Sequence record: DRR723986_7888 | Direction: 5' to 3' (one strand) | Length of the DNA stretch: 42,472 nucleotides | In this document: piece after piece, positions 9,197-17,613 of the stretch | Layout: each line of letters starts with the position of its first letter | Position numbering within the stretch: the stretch's first letter is position 1 | Notes under the pieces: model-generated | What the model was told of the DNA's origin: nothing | Databases searched by the model: none | What the model saw: only the letters and a program-made list of their open reading frames with translations | Made by a program: the position numbers and the translations under genes

Positions 9197-9919
9197 TTAA
9201 GTCCCTGTCGAGGATTCTGACTCCAGGGAATAGTAACCCTGATCGAACAACCACTGGTGCTTGCGGTAGATGGCCATTCTTGCATCGGCGTCGAGATCCT
9301 CAATGGTGGCCTTTCGCGGGTTCGCAGTCACGTTCGCCCTGGGAAATTCTTCCGGTGGCGTTCCCGTCAACTCAGCGATAAATCGGGTAAACGTATGATC
9401 CAGTTCCTCGGCGCGAAATACGTGGAGATTTTCAGGTAGGCGCCCATCGATCATCAGGAAATCCTCAGTCCTGTAACCTGCGTCACTGCCCTTGCTCCGA
9501 AAATACCCCGAAGATTCGACGAAATCTTTTATGGGCCCCTGGGCCAGCTGAATCTTTTCCTCCACTTCCGGTACCTGGAAAGGTTTAGCCTGGAGCACGT
9601 TATTACGCCCGTTGCGGTAAAAATTATAGATTGAGAGTTCCAGGGTAAAGGGGTGGCGTATCACCGCTACGATATAGGGTATTTTCCGGACATCGATGCC
9701 GGTCAGGTCGAGTGTCCGCTGGCAGTCGCCATAGGCTTCTTCCAGCGTCTCATGACTGAAACCGGCGATTAGTCTGGCCTTGAAATGCCACTCTTCGAGA
9801 GTGGATTTCAGGGAAGAACTGAAAATCGGTGTAGCAAGGTTCTGGCAAAGATAGTTGGTGCAGGAGGTACCCCCAGCCTTCGGTATGTGAATGAACAACA
9901 CATCCTTATTGAAGACCAT
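9197..9919 (-). CDS. Sulfotransferase family 2-like protein
   Basis: LFIHIPKAGGTS (5'-PSB) and VIRHPFTLELSIYNF (3'-PB). Confidence 0.8.
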   Translation of the reverse strand: MVFNKDVLFIHIPKAGGTSCTNYLCQNLATPIFSSSLKSTLEEWHFKARLIAGFSHETLEEAYGDCQRTLDLTGIDVRKIPYIVAVIRHPFTLELSIYNFYRNGRNNVLQAKPFQVPEVEEKIQLAQGPIKDFVESSGYFRSKGSDAGYRTEDFLMIDGRLPENLHVFRAEELDHTFTRFIAELTGTPPEEFPRANVTANPRKATIEDLDADARMAIYRKHQWLFDQGYYSLESESSTGT

Positions 9920-9964
9920 GTGGTTTGCTACCTTTGCCGGTTTTTCTTGATCATCGCATTCAGC

Positions 9965-11866
9965 TCAGGGGAAAAGGCTGTCAAGCTCCTCAAGCGGCCT
10001 CACGGGGAGCCTGTTACTCAGCTCTTCAATATCCTTCACACTGAATCTGTCTGCGAGGATGCCGGCAAGAATGGCATCGTAGTTCTCGTCCAGCGTGCGG
10101 TTGTCTGCCTGTAGCCCCCGGATGATGGCTACGCCCTTACGGTATGGGCCGGCCATTGCCTCGAATACCCTGATGTCCAACTCGGGTCGGAATTCCTGCA
10201 GGATAAAAATGAGTTTGTAGACGTCGCCACACCAGGCGTTGAAATGGCGGTCTCGTTCGGCCATGACATATTGCTCCGGGAATACATCGTCAATTACCAC
10301 GGTGCATGATGCGGGGACACGCTTTTCGACATTCATGAAATCCCGCAGCACATACTCGGCCAGGTGCATGCCATCGATGAAGGCCAGCTCGAAGTTGGCA
10401 CTGAATATCTCGTCACACAGCTTTTCGTCTGAAAAAAATCGATCACTCTCCTGTTTGAAGATGCGGCTTGGAAAGCGCAGGGGATGTACAACCTCGTATG
10501 CCGGGTCGACACCCACACTGGGGCAGCGTGCCAGGCTCATGCTGGCGCCGTCATCCACGCCGATCTCAAAATAGGCTTGCGGCTTTATCTTGTCGTGCAG
10601 TTTTTTCAGTATTGTGCGGTAACCATAAGCTTCCGGCTTCACCGGGTGCGTTATGCCGAGCGGCTTCAGGGTTGGCCTGATTGTCCGTTCATCCGCAGCA
10701 ACGGGCTTGAGGGTAAGTGAAGGCATGGGGCCTTCGACGTCTTGCTGCACCCTGCTGATGTAAATGTCGGCAAGGTCGCGCAGTATTTTTGCCCTGGCCT
10801 GGCCATATTCGGTGGATATTGTCGGTACGGTGCGATTGCAGTTGCTGACTTCGCCGAAAACAAGCGTCGGTCTCAGGCTGAAGTTCTTTTCGTCGCCGGT
10901 GACCTGCTGGTATTTTTCATAGTATCGGCCGACCAGCGCTTCGCGTTGCTCGGAAGTCAGGCTGGTGGTAGTACCTCCATGGTCCTGATGGAAGCTGCCT
11001 TCCCCGGGAAAGCTGACATACTGGTTGCGTTCATCCTGGGTCAGCCGAGTGAACAATTCGATGTTGGCGAGCCCCGCGCCTGCTTCATCAAATCGCTCAT
11101 CGAAACCACCGCAATCTTCAAGAACTTCCCGGGTTGTTATCAGACAGTTTGTTTCTATGGCGTCCAGGGTGTGCTTGTTCGTGTTTTCTCCCGGAATAAC
11201 CGCATAGTCGAACAGGCTATAACCGTTCGCTGGCCAACCCAGTTCTTTCAGCGCCACTTCCTCCGCTTCGAAGGCCTTTTCTACATGGCGCAGGTTTTGT
11301 GATGCGGGTCCTAAGGTGTATTGCGGCACATTGATGACAGGGCGGGGCGTAGACTCAATGATGGCGCGCGTGTTGCGTACGATGCCGGGAGACAGGATAT
11401 GAGCGCCATCGATCAGCAATGCAATTGTATCGAAGCTTGCCGCTTCTATTCCGAGATTCAGGCCGTGAACCGGGGATGGATGACCATCCACGCGAATGAC
11501 CTGAGTAACTCTTGGGAATCGCTGGAAATCGGACATGCCGAGCGGCACCCTCGAACCGTTGTCGATCACAATGACTTCAATCAGTGACGGATCGACGTCC
11601 TGGAAATGCGGCGCGCAACTTGTCAGCGTTCTTTCGAGTTGTTGCGGGATGTTATAGGCGGCGACGATGAAGCTGATCCCCTTGAATGGCCTGCCCCCGG
11701 TAGCGCCTGAGAAGTCTATCGCCTGGTCGAACTTGCGATAAAAGCTGTCGGTGAGCCGCATGAGGTGCTGATCTTTCTGCCGGGTTATCCTGAGCTCTCT
11801 GGCGAGTGCCTGATTGCGCAGACGAAGAGCCCGTATTTCGGCACGTAATTTGTCTTGACCTGTCAT
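9965..11866 (-). CDS. Glycosyltransferase family 2 fused to class I SAM-dependent (Methyltransf_24-like) methyltransferase
   Basis: GT-A motifs SFIVAAYN, IEVIVIDNGS, GGFDERF; C-terminal YFEIGVDDGAS, VGVDP, AFIDGMH, VVIDD, WCGDVYK. Confidence 0.8.
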   Translation of the reverse strand: MTGQDKLRAEIRALRLRNQALARELRITRQKDQHLMRLTDSFYRKFDQAIDFSGATGGRPFKGISFIVAAYNIPQQLERTLTSCAPHFQDVDPSLIEVIVIDNGSRVPLGMSDFQRFPRVTQVIRVDGHPSPVHGLNLGIEAASFDTIALLIDGAHILSPGIVRNTRAIIESTPRPVINVPQYTLGPASQNLRHVEKAFEAEEVALKELGWPANGYSLFDYAVIPGENTNKHTLDAIETNCLITTREVLEDCGGFDERFDEAGAGLANIELFTRLTQDERNQYVSFPGEGSFHQDHGGTTTSLTSEQREALVGRYYEKYQQVTGDEKNFSLRPTLVFGEVSNCNRTVPTISTEYGQARAKILRDLADIYISRVQQDVEGPMPSLTLKPVAADERTIRPTLKPLGITHPVKPEAYGYRTILKKLHDKIKPQAYFEIGVDDGASMSLARCPSVGVDPAYEVVHPLRFPSRIFKQESDRFFSDEKLCDEIFSANFELAFIDGMHLAEYVLRDFMNVEKRVPASCTVVIDDVFPEQYVMAERDRHFNAWCGDVYKLIFILQEFRPELDIRVFEAMAGPYRKGVAIIRGLQADNRTLDENYDAILAGILADRFSVKDIEELSNRLPVRPLEELDSLFP

Positions 11867-12248
11867 AGTGTCTCTTGTTTGGGCGTAGGCGAGTGGAAGG
11901 TGCCGCAGCGCCTGTCGAAAGTTGCGCTGATCTTACTATCAGTTCCCGGGCTTGGCTAACTGGAAGCCGCCCGGGTGAGCCGGCTCAACCGCAAATATAT
12001 GAATCTATTATTTGTATTCTCGCATGAGCGCAGGCAGGTCTGCCGCCTGGTCAAAACGCCTTGTTGAGCCAGTTAAGTACGTCTCCGTGTTCCTCGGACC
12101 TGTCTCTCCCAGTGCTGTAGCAGTTTTGCTACGAGTGCTCGCTCGGTTCGTTTCGTGATAGCGTACAATTTGCTGCACAGAGATAAGACAATCTAGTGGA
12201 TTGGCGTCGCTGTAAGACCATTCAAAATCGGGATGACCAGGAATAATC

Positions 12249-13067
12249 GTGAGTTCAGCACCCATCAAACGCCCACTCATCCTCCACGCCCACCTGTTCA
12301 AGAATGCCGGGTCCACCTTTGACTGGAGCCTGCGCAGGCAGTTCGGGGATGCTTTCGTCGACCATCGCGACGATGCGGCTATGCGCGATAACCCGGCCTA
12401 TCTGCAGCGCTATCTGCAGGACAACACGGCTATCTCTGCCTTGTCTTCCCACTGGTTGCCCCTGCCGCTGCAACCGGCAGTCATGGCTAATGCACACCTT
12501 TGTCTGCTGATCCGCCATCCCGTGGATCGCGCCCTGTCGGTGTACAACTTCGAGCGCCAGCAGGATGCCGACGGGCCTGGTAACCGGCAGGCACGGGCGC
12601 TCTCCTTTGCGGACTACGTCGCCTGGCGGCTGGAGCCGCAGGTTGGTCCGGCCTTGAAAAACTTTCACACCCGCTACCTGTCCGGGCGCTATTTCGATAA
12701 CGATCTGGAGCAGTCTTTTGATCGTGCGCTTGCCTTGCTGGATGACACTCCCCTGGTTGGTCTGGTAGACCAGTATGCGCTGAGCATGGTGCTGTTTGAA
12801 CGTGGTCTGCAGGGGGACTTCCCGGGTATCGACCTGTCCTTTGAGCCGCAGAATACCAGTCGCTCCACCTCAGACTCGCTGGGCGACAGGTTGCGCAGCG
12901 TGGCGCAGCGCTTGGGCCCGGTGCTCGAAGCACTGGAGACCCAGAACCGTTATGACCTGCGCCTATACCGCGCGGTCGAGGAACGACTTCGGCAACAGCT
13001 GCTTGCCAATCCAGGCCTGCAGCAGGACGCGCAGGCCATGGCGCAGCGCAGCGGAGCCCTGGCATGA
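12249..13067 (+). CDS. Sulfotransferase family 2-like protein
   Basis: LHAHLFKNAGST and LIRHPVDRALSVYNF; C-terminal NRYDLRLY; GTG start after GGA; stop overlaps next start (ATGA). Confidence 0.8.
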   Translation: MSSAPIKRPLILHAHLFKNAGSTFDWSLRRQFGDAFVDHRDDAAMRDNPAYLQRYLQDNTAISALSSHWLPLPLQPAVMANAHLCLLIRHPVDRALSVYNFERQQDADGPGNRQARALSFADYVAWRLEPQVGPALKNFHTRYLSGRYFDNDLEQSFDRALALLDDTPLVGLVDQYALSMVLFERGLQGDFPGIDLSFEPQNTSRSTSDSLGDRLRSVAQRLGPVLEALETQNRYDLRLYRAVEERLRQQLLANPGLQQDAQAMAQRSGALA

Positions 13068-14707
13068 AGGGGTTAACTTACCGGTTGCGTCGCCGCTACC
13101 GGGTTGCGCTGCGCAAGGCGCGTACCTTGCTGCAGGGGCCGCCGCGACATCCGGAGTTCGTCAAGGCGACCCACTACCTGGCCGATGGCTGGGCGCTGAA
13201 TTTCCTGCAGATTGTGCGGCCCGCGCAGCTGCGCGAAGACTTCCGGCGTATCAGGGAGGATGGGTTCAACACGGTTATTTTGGTGATTCCCTGGCGCGGT
13301 TTCCAGGTCGATCATCTCGCGCCGGCCTATGACGACTTTTACCTGCGGCAGTTGGAGTGCCTGCTGGCAGCCGCCGATCGCGCCGGCCTCTCGGTCATCG
13401 TGCGTATCAGCTATGCCCACCAGATACTGGATCGCCAGCCGCTGTCAGGATTGACCCAGATGCAACGGCTGATCCTCGATCCCGATACCCAGGCGGCCTG
13501 GCTGGATTACTGCGCCACCGTGTTTGAAATCTGCCACGGCTTTCACTGCTTCCGGCAGGGCTTCCTGAGCTGGGAGGAATTCTGGCATGCCTTTGGCCGC
13601 TGGCAGCTTTACCGGCCGGAGTATCGAGAGCAGCTCATGGCTCTGACCGGTTTCTCCGACTACCTGCAATCTCAGGGCTTGCCGGCGCTGGATCGCCTGC
13701 CTCGGCCTGAGGAGCCCGACTACAGCCAGTTCCACAGTTTCATCAACTGGCGTATCCGGCAACTGTTTGAGCTGGTAGCGGCGCGCTTCCCCGGCCTCGG
13801 TATGGAAGTCCGCGTGGACAAGGACCGTCAGGTGAATGCCGATGAGACCGTCAGCTGGCTGTCCAACGATAGCTATCTTGATCGGGACATCACGCGATTC
13901 ACGTACTGGGCGCCCTTTATGGGCGCCGAGAATCGCGGTGAGATCCTTGAGCCGGGCCAGGCCCTGGCGCTGCTCGATCATGCGCTTGAGGAGCTCTGTG
14001 CTGGCGGGGAGCACACGAATCACATCATTGACCAGTTCAATTTTGTCGACGACGCACCCAAGTTCCACGGTATTCACGCCCGTATCGAAGACCAGGGCAT
14101 CGGCAAGTTCCTGGTCGGTGCGGCGGATCTTCTGGTTCGCAAAAGTGCCGGTTACGGGGTCTGGGCTTATCGCGACTACCGGCAGAATCTGCTGTTCAAT
14201 GCGCGCTTCCTGATGGGGCTGTCAGGCTGGTACGCACCTGCGGCCCCAGTCGTGCCCCGGCGGCGTGGCGGCGTGAAGCTGGGCTCGGGTGCGGTCCTGC
14301 GCCAGATATTGCCTGCCAAGGTTTCAGGGCTGCAGACGGTGGTGCCCTTCGATTCCCTCGAGCTGCGCGCTGCGCTGGCTGGGGCAGGGCGCGGCGCTGC
14401 TGAGGCTGGACTGGAAGTGCGCTTCAACGCCGGTGAATGGCAGCCCCTCACAGACACCGGGCACGGTGAACTTGGGGTGACTCTCCCGATAGAGCGGCCG
14501 CTTATCATGGAAGACGGGATCGTGCTCGAGCTTCGCAACCACGGCAAGCCCTTGGCACTGGACGCGTTATACCTGTTCCACCACGTTTTTCGCGGGGGCA
14601 TCCATACCGAGCACGGTGAGCCCTCGACTCACCGCGACGCCCTGGTGGCATTCAATCATTCCCTGGATGAGGCCTGCGTTAATCGCTCGGCGGACGAAAC
14701 TGGCTGA
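13064..14707 (+). CDS. Glycoside hydrolase-like (clan GH-A-like TIM barrel) protein with C-terminal beta-rich domain
   Basis: EDFRRIREDGFNTVILVIPWRGFQ, AADRAGLSVIVR, FLSWEEFW, GYGVWAY; LFNARFLMGLSGW opens a CBM-like domain. Confidence 0.6.
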   Translation: MKGLTYRLRRRYRVALRKARTLLQGPPRHPEFVKATHYLADGWALNFLQIVRPAQLREDFRRIREDGFNTVILVIPWRGFQVDHLAPAYDDFYLRQLECLLAAADRAGLSVIVRISYAHQILDRQPLSGLTQMQRLILDPDTQAAWLDYCATVFEICHGFHCFRQGFLSWEEFWHAFGRWQLYRPEYREQLMALTGFSDYLQSQGLPALDRLPRPEEPDYSQFHSFINWRIRQLFELVAARFPGLGMEVRVDKDRQVNADETVSWLSNDSYLDRDITRFTYWAPFMGAENRGEILEPGQALALLDHALEELCAGGEHTNHIIDQFNFVDDAPKFHGIHARIEDQGIGKFLVGAADLLVRKSAGYGVWAYRDYRQNLLFNARFLMGLSGWYAPAAPVVPRRRGGVKLGSGAVLRQILPAKVSGLQTVVPFDSLELRAALAGAGRGAAEAGLEVRFNAGEWQPLTDTGHGELGVTLPIERPLIMEDGIVLELRNHGKPLALDALYLFHHVFRGGIHTEHGEPSTHRDALVAFNHSLDEACVNRSADETG

Positions 14708-15449
14708 CATAGTCCAGCGAGGTGGTGGTGGGGATCGGCTCGTCCGCTCGAGAATCGGCCTGCGGATAACCCAGCCAGGCCAGGTTGTCCTCCCACTCGC
14801 GATTCAGCAGCGCCAGGTCCGCGGCGTTCAACCAGCGTCGCCAGTCACCATAGCCTTTTGATCGCGCCACCCGTTGATATTCGCCGGGAACCCGGGCCTC
14901 GGTCTGGAGGTCCAGTTCGAGATAGGCTTCCAGGCCACTCCAGTCGCCATCCAGCAGGTTTTCATAGCGTGCTGCCTGGGGGTGGAACGCGTCGAAATAG
15001 GCCCGCTGCTCCCGGTGCAGGTTGTTGAAGACGGCGATTGGCGCCCGGCCAACGGTGGCGGCGATCAGGTTATACAGTTCGACTGTCGATTCACCCTCAG
15101 GGTCCTGCACCTTGCGCTCCAGCGCTGCGTAGCAGCGGTCGAAGCCCGCGCGATCGCCGCTCTCCTGGAAGTCATAGAACAGGTACAGCAGCATGCTGAT
15201 GAACTGATCCCGCGGATCGCGGTAGATAGCGATATGGCGGCCGAAGTTTGCAATCAGGGCATTGGACGAGGTCACCCGACCGATCAGTACCTTGCTGAGG
15301 CTCGCCGCACTGCCGCCCAGGATGCCTGCCAGTTGCTCATCGGTATCCGGTTCAAAGTAGAGCGGGGTGTCGGGGTCCAACGCGGCTTTGATGCGGCTGA
15401 ACAACATGGTGGTCCCGGACTTGGCCAGACCGGATATCAGGTAGTGCAC
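14679..15449 (-). CDS. Sulfotransferase-like (P-loop-type PAPS-binding) protein
   Basis: ISGLAKSGTTML, YRDPRDQFISML, RYENL, RSKGYGDWRRWL, LGY; GTG at 15449 preceded by GAGGAG. Confidence 0.72.
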   Translation of the reverse strand: MHYLISGLAKSGTTMLFSRIKAALDPDTPLYFEPDTDEQLAGILGGSAASLSKVLIGRVTSSNALIANFGRHIAIYRDPRDQFISMLLYLFYDFQESGDRAGFDRCYAALERKVQDPEGESTVELYNLIAATVGRAPIAVFNNLHREQRAYFDAFHPQAARYENLLDGDWSGLEAYLELDLQTEARVPGEYQRVARSKGYGDWRRWLNAADLALLNREWEDNLAWLGYPQADSRADEPIPTTTSLDYVSQFRPPSD

Positions 15450-15459
15450 TGTTTGCTCC

Positions 15460-17442
15460 TCAGTTGCCGTCTGCGCCCGCTGTCTTGTCGAACAAGCCGG
15501 GGTGGTGCGTCGCATAAAGCCTGCCCGTCTGTTCGGCAAACTCCAGTGACAGGTGATGCCGATCGTAAAAGGCCGGTGATCCCTCAGCTGTTGTGATCTG
15601 GCAGCCTTGCAGTTCGCGCCCCGGGCAGAGCAGGGCCACACGGTCCACGTAGTGGTCGGTCAGGGCCATGATAGCGTCGAAGTAGCCTTCCTGCTCTGGT
15701 TGTTCCTCAAAATAGGCCACCCGGTCGCGGTCCTTGCAGGCATCCGGCGTGCCTCGCTTATTGATCAGCAGACTGCAGTCGACGTCTGTATTGATGAAGC
15801 CGCCCAGGGTGATCAGCCCGATGTCGGGCCGCAGGGTCTTCAGCTGGGTCAGCAGCAGCACAAGGCTGTCCTTACTGTTATTCGCCGGTTCCTGGGTAAA
15901 GGGTCGGTTGGCGCTGTAGATCACCCAGTCGATGCTGGCCAGCAGCTCCGGCTCAAACAGGGTATCGAGTCTTTGCTGGCACTCGGCTTGTTCGGCGACA
16001 ACGCGGCCAGCTACCAGCGACAGGCTTCCGCAACGATTGGTGGTACCGAACAGCAGGAATTGCAGCGCATGGTGTTCAGCATAGCCGGCCCGGATGGCGT
16101 TGTAGCCATCCGGCTCATGGGAATTACCGAGTACCAGTACGCGGGTGCCGCCCGTCGATGGGCAGTCCCTACCTTTCACCAGACGCCCCAGCGCGCAGGC
16201 CTCGCGCAGGTGGGAGTAGCGGCGCTGGCTCGCTTCACTGAAGGCCTCTGCGCTAATGGCCAGGTTCGGGTAGCGCCAGCCCCAGCCGCCAGACTGCCAG
16301 CTATGGGCGTTGACAGCCGCGGTAAGTGCAAGCAGTGTCGCCAGCCCGCCGAAAAACGCCCTGGAATCTGCGGCGTCGCGGTGACCGTTTTCGCTGGATG
16401 TTCGGCGGTAGAAGCGGCGTTCGATGCCGTAATGCAGCAGGCAAGTCGCAATGAGCATAATCAGGGCCAGGGTAAGTTGCTCCTGCCAGTTCAGTGCGAT
16501 GCCGTACTCGTAGCGGTAGAACACGATGATGGGCCAGTGCGCCAGGTACAGCGCGTAGGATGTCGCACCGAACCAGAGGGCGAGGCGGTTGCCAAGCAGC
16601 CTGAAACTGAGCGCCGGAGCCCCGCCGGGCAATCCACCGGAGAACAGGACCAGTGTGGCGCCCAGGGTCGGCGCCAGTACCACCAGGCCTGGGAAGCCGG
16701 ATTGGTCATCAATCCAGGCAACGGACCCGACGATCAGCAGCAGGCCGAGCCACAAGCTGAGTTGCGCCAGCGCGGCCGTTCGCCCGCTGGCTGACCACCC
16801 GCTGGCGTAGCGGGACAGGGGTAACAACAGCGCGCCGGCAACGAACTGAAAAACCCGGAAGGGTGCAAGGTAAAAGGCAGCGTCACGATCGACTCCGGTA
16901 TAGACGACGCAGGCTGCCAGGCTGGATCCTCCTATTAGCAGCAGGGAAAGGGTAAGTGGCAGGTGGCGGCGCAGGGCAAGCAGGGCGACGATCAGCAGCG
17001 GCCAGACCAGATAGAACTGTTCCTCTACGCCCAGCGACCATGTGTGCAGCAGCGGTTTCAGTTCGCTGGCTGCGGCCCAGTAGCCTGACTCGAGGTAGAA
17101 GACGATGTTGGAGACGCTGAACAGGGCCGCGATGGCGGAGCCGGAGAAGGCTGCCATGTCAGCCGGCAACAGGATAACTGCCGCCAGCACGGTGCTGGCG
17201 ATAATGGTGGCCAGCAGGGCCGGCAGCAGTCGCCGGATGCGCCGGCCGTAGAACTCGCCGAAGTGAAAATTCCCCTGCTCAACCCGCTCGCTGATCTGGC
17301 GGGTAATGAGGTAACCGGAGATAACAAAAAAGACATCGACGCCCACGAAACCGCCGCCGAAACCAGGCGTGCCGAGGTGAAACAGCACCACCGCCAGCAC
17401 GGCGATCGCACGCAGGCCATCAATATCAGGGCGGTAATTCAC
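15460..17442 (-). CDS. Acyltransferase family 3 + SGNH domain O-acyltransferase (OafA/OatA-like)
   Basis: RPDIDGLRAIAV..FH, GVDVFFVISGYLIT, RRIRRLLP, HTWSLGVEEQFY; SGNH-like LGNSH and YDRHHLS. Confidence 0.9.
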   Translation of the reverse strand: MNYRPDIDGLRAIAVLAVVLFHLGTPGFGGGFVGVDVFFVISGYLITRQISERVEQGNFHFGEFYGRRIRRLLPALLATIIASTVLAAVILLPADMAAFSGSAIAALFSVSNIVFYLESGYWAAASELKPLLHTWSLGVEEQFYLVWPLLIVALLALRRHLPLTLSLLLIGGSSLAACVVYTGVDRDAAFYLAPFRVFQFVAGALLLPLSRYASGWSASGRTAALAQLSLWLGLLLIVGSVAWIDDQSGFPGLVVLAPTLGATLVLFSGGLPGGAPALSFRLLGNRLALWFGATSYALYLAHWPIIVFYRYEYGIALNWQEQLTLALIMLIATCLLHYGIERRFYRRTSSENGHRDAADSRAFFGGLATLLALTAAVNAHSWQSGGWGWRYPNLAISAEAFSEASQRRYSHLREACALGRLVKGRDCPSTGGTRVLVLGNSHEPDGYNAIRAGYAEHHALQFLLFGTTNRCGSLSLVAGRVVAEQAECQQRLDTLFEPELLASIDWVIYSANRPFTQEPANNSKDSLVLLLTQLKTLRPDIGLITLGGFINTDVDCSLLINKRGTPDACKDRDRVAYFEEQPEQEGYFDAIMALTDHYVDRVALLCPGRELQGCQITTAEGSPAFYDRHHLSLEFAEQTGRLYATHHPGLFDKTAGADGN

Positions 17443-17613
17443 GGTTTAGCTAGTCTGCTTGCATCGGCGCCCGGACAGGGGCGGTAGTGCGCAGTATATC
17501 CACCGGGTGACTCATGCCCAAGCCGGCAGCTATGCCGGTTCCGCTTAGCCTGACTTGACTCGCTGGGTCATTCAGCGAAGATGCAGCTGTGCCCCTCATT
17601 TGCGAGAGCCAGT

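Noticed and set aside
6990-12248. Prophage, integrative element or anti-phage defence island
   Set aside because: No integrase, transposase, att/tRNA site, phage gene or recognisable defence domain seen
12008-12316. 102-aa minus-strand ORF in the divergent spacer
   Set aside because: Overlaps the sulfotransferase start, has no recognisable motif and no clear RBS
15607-16794. Long antisense ORFs (e.g. 15607..16794, 38586..39740, 33915..34814, 20779..21648)
   Set aside because: Shadows of well-supported genes on the opposite strand, expected in high-GC DNA
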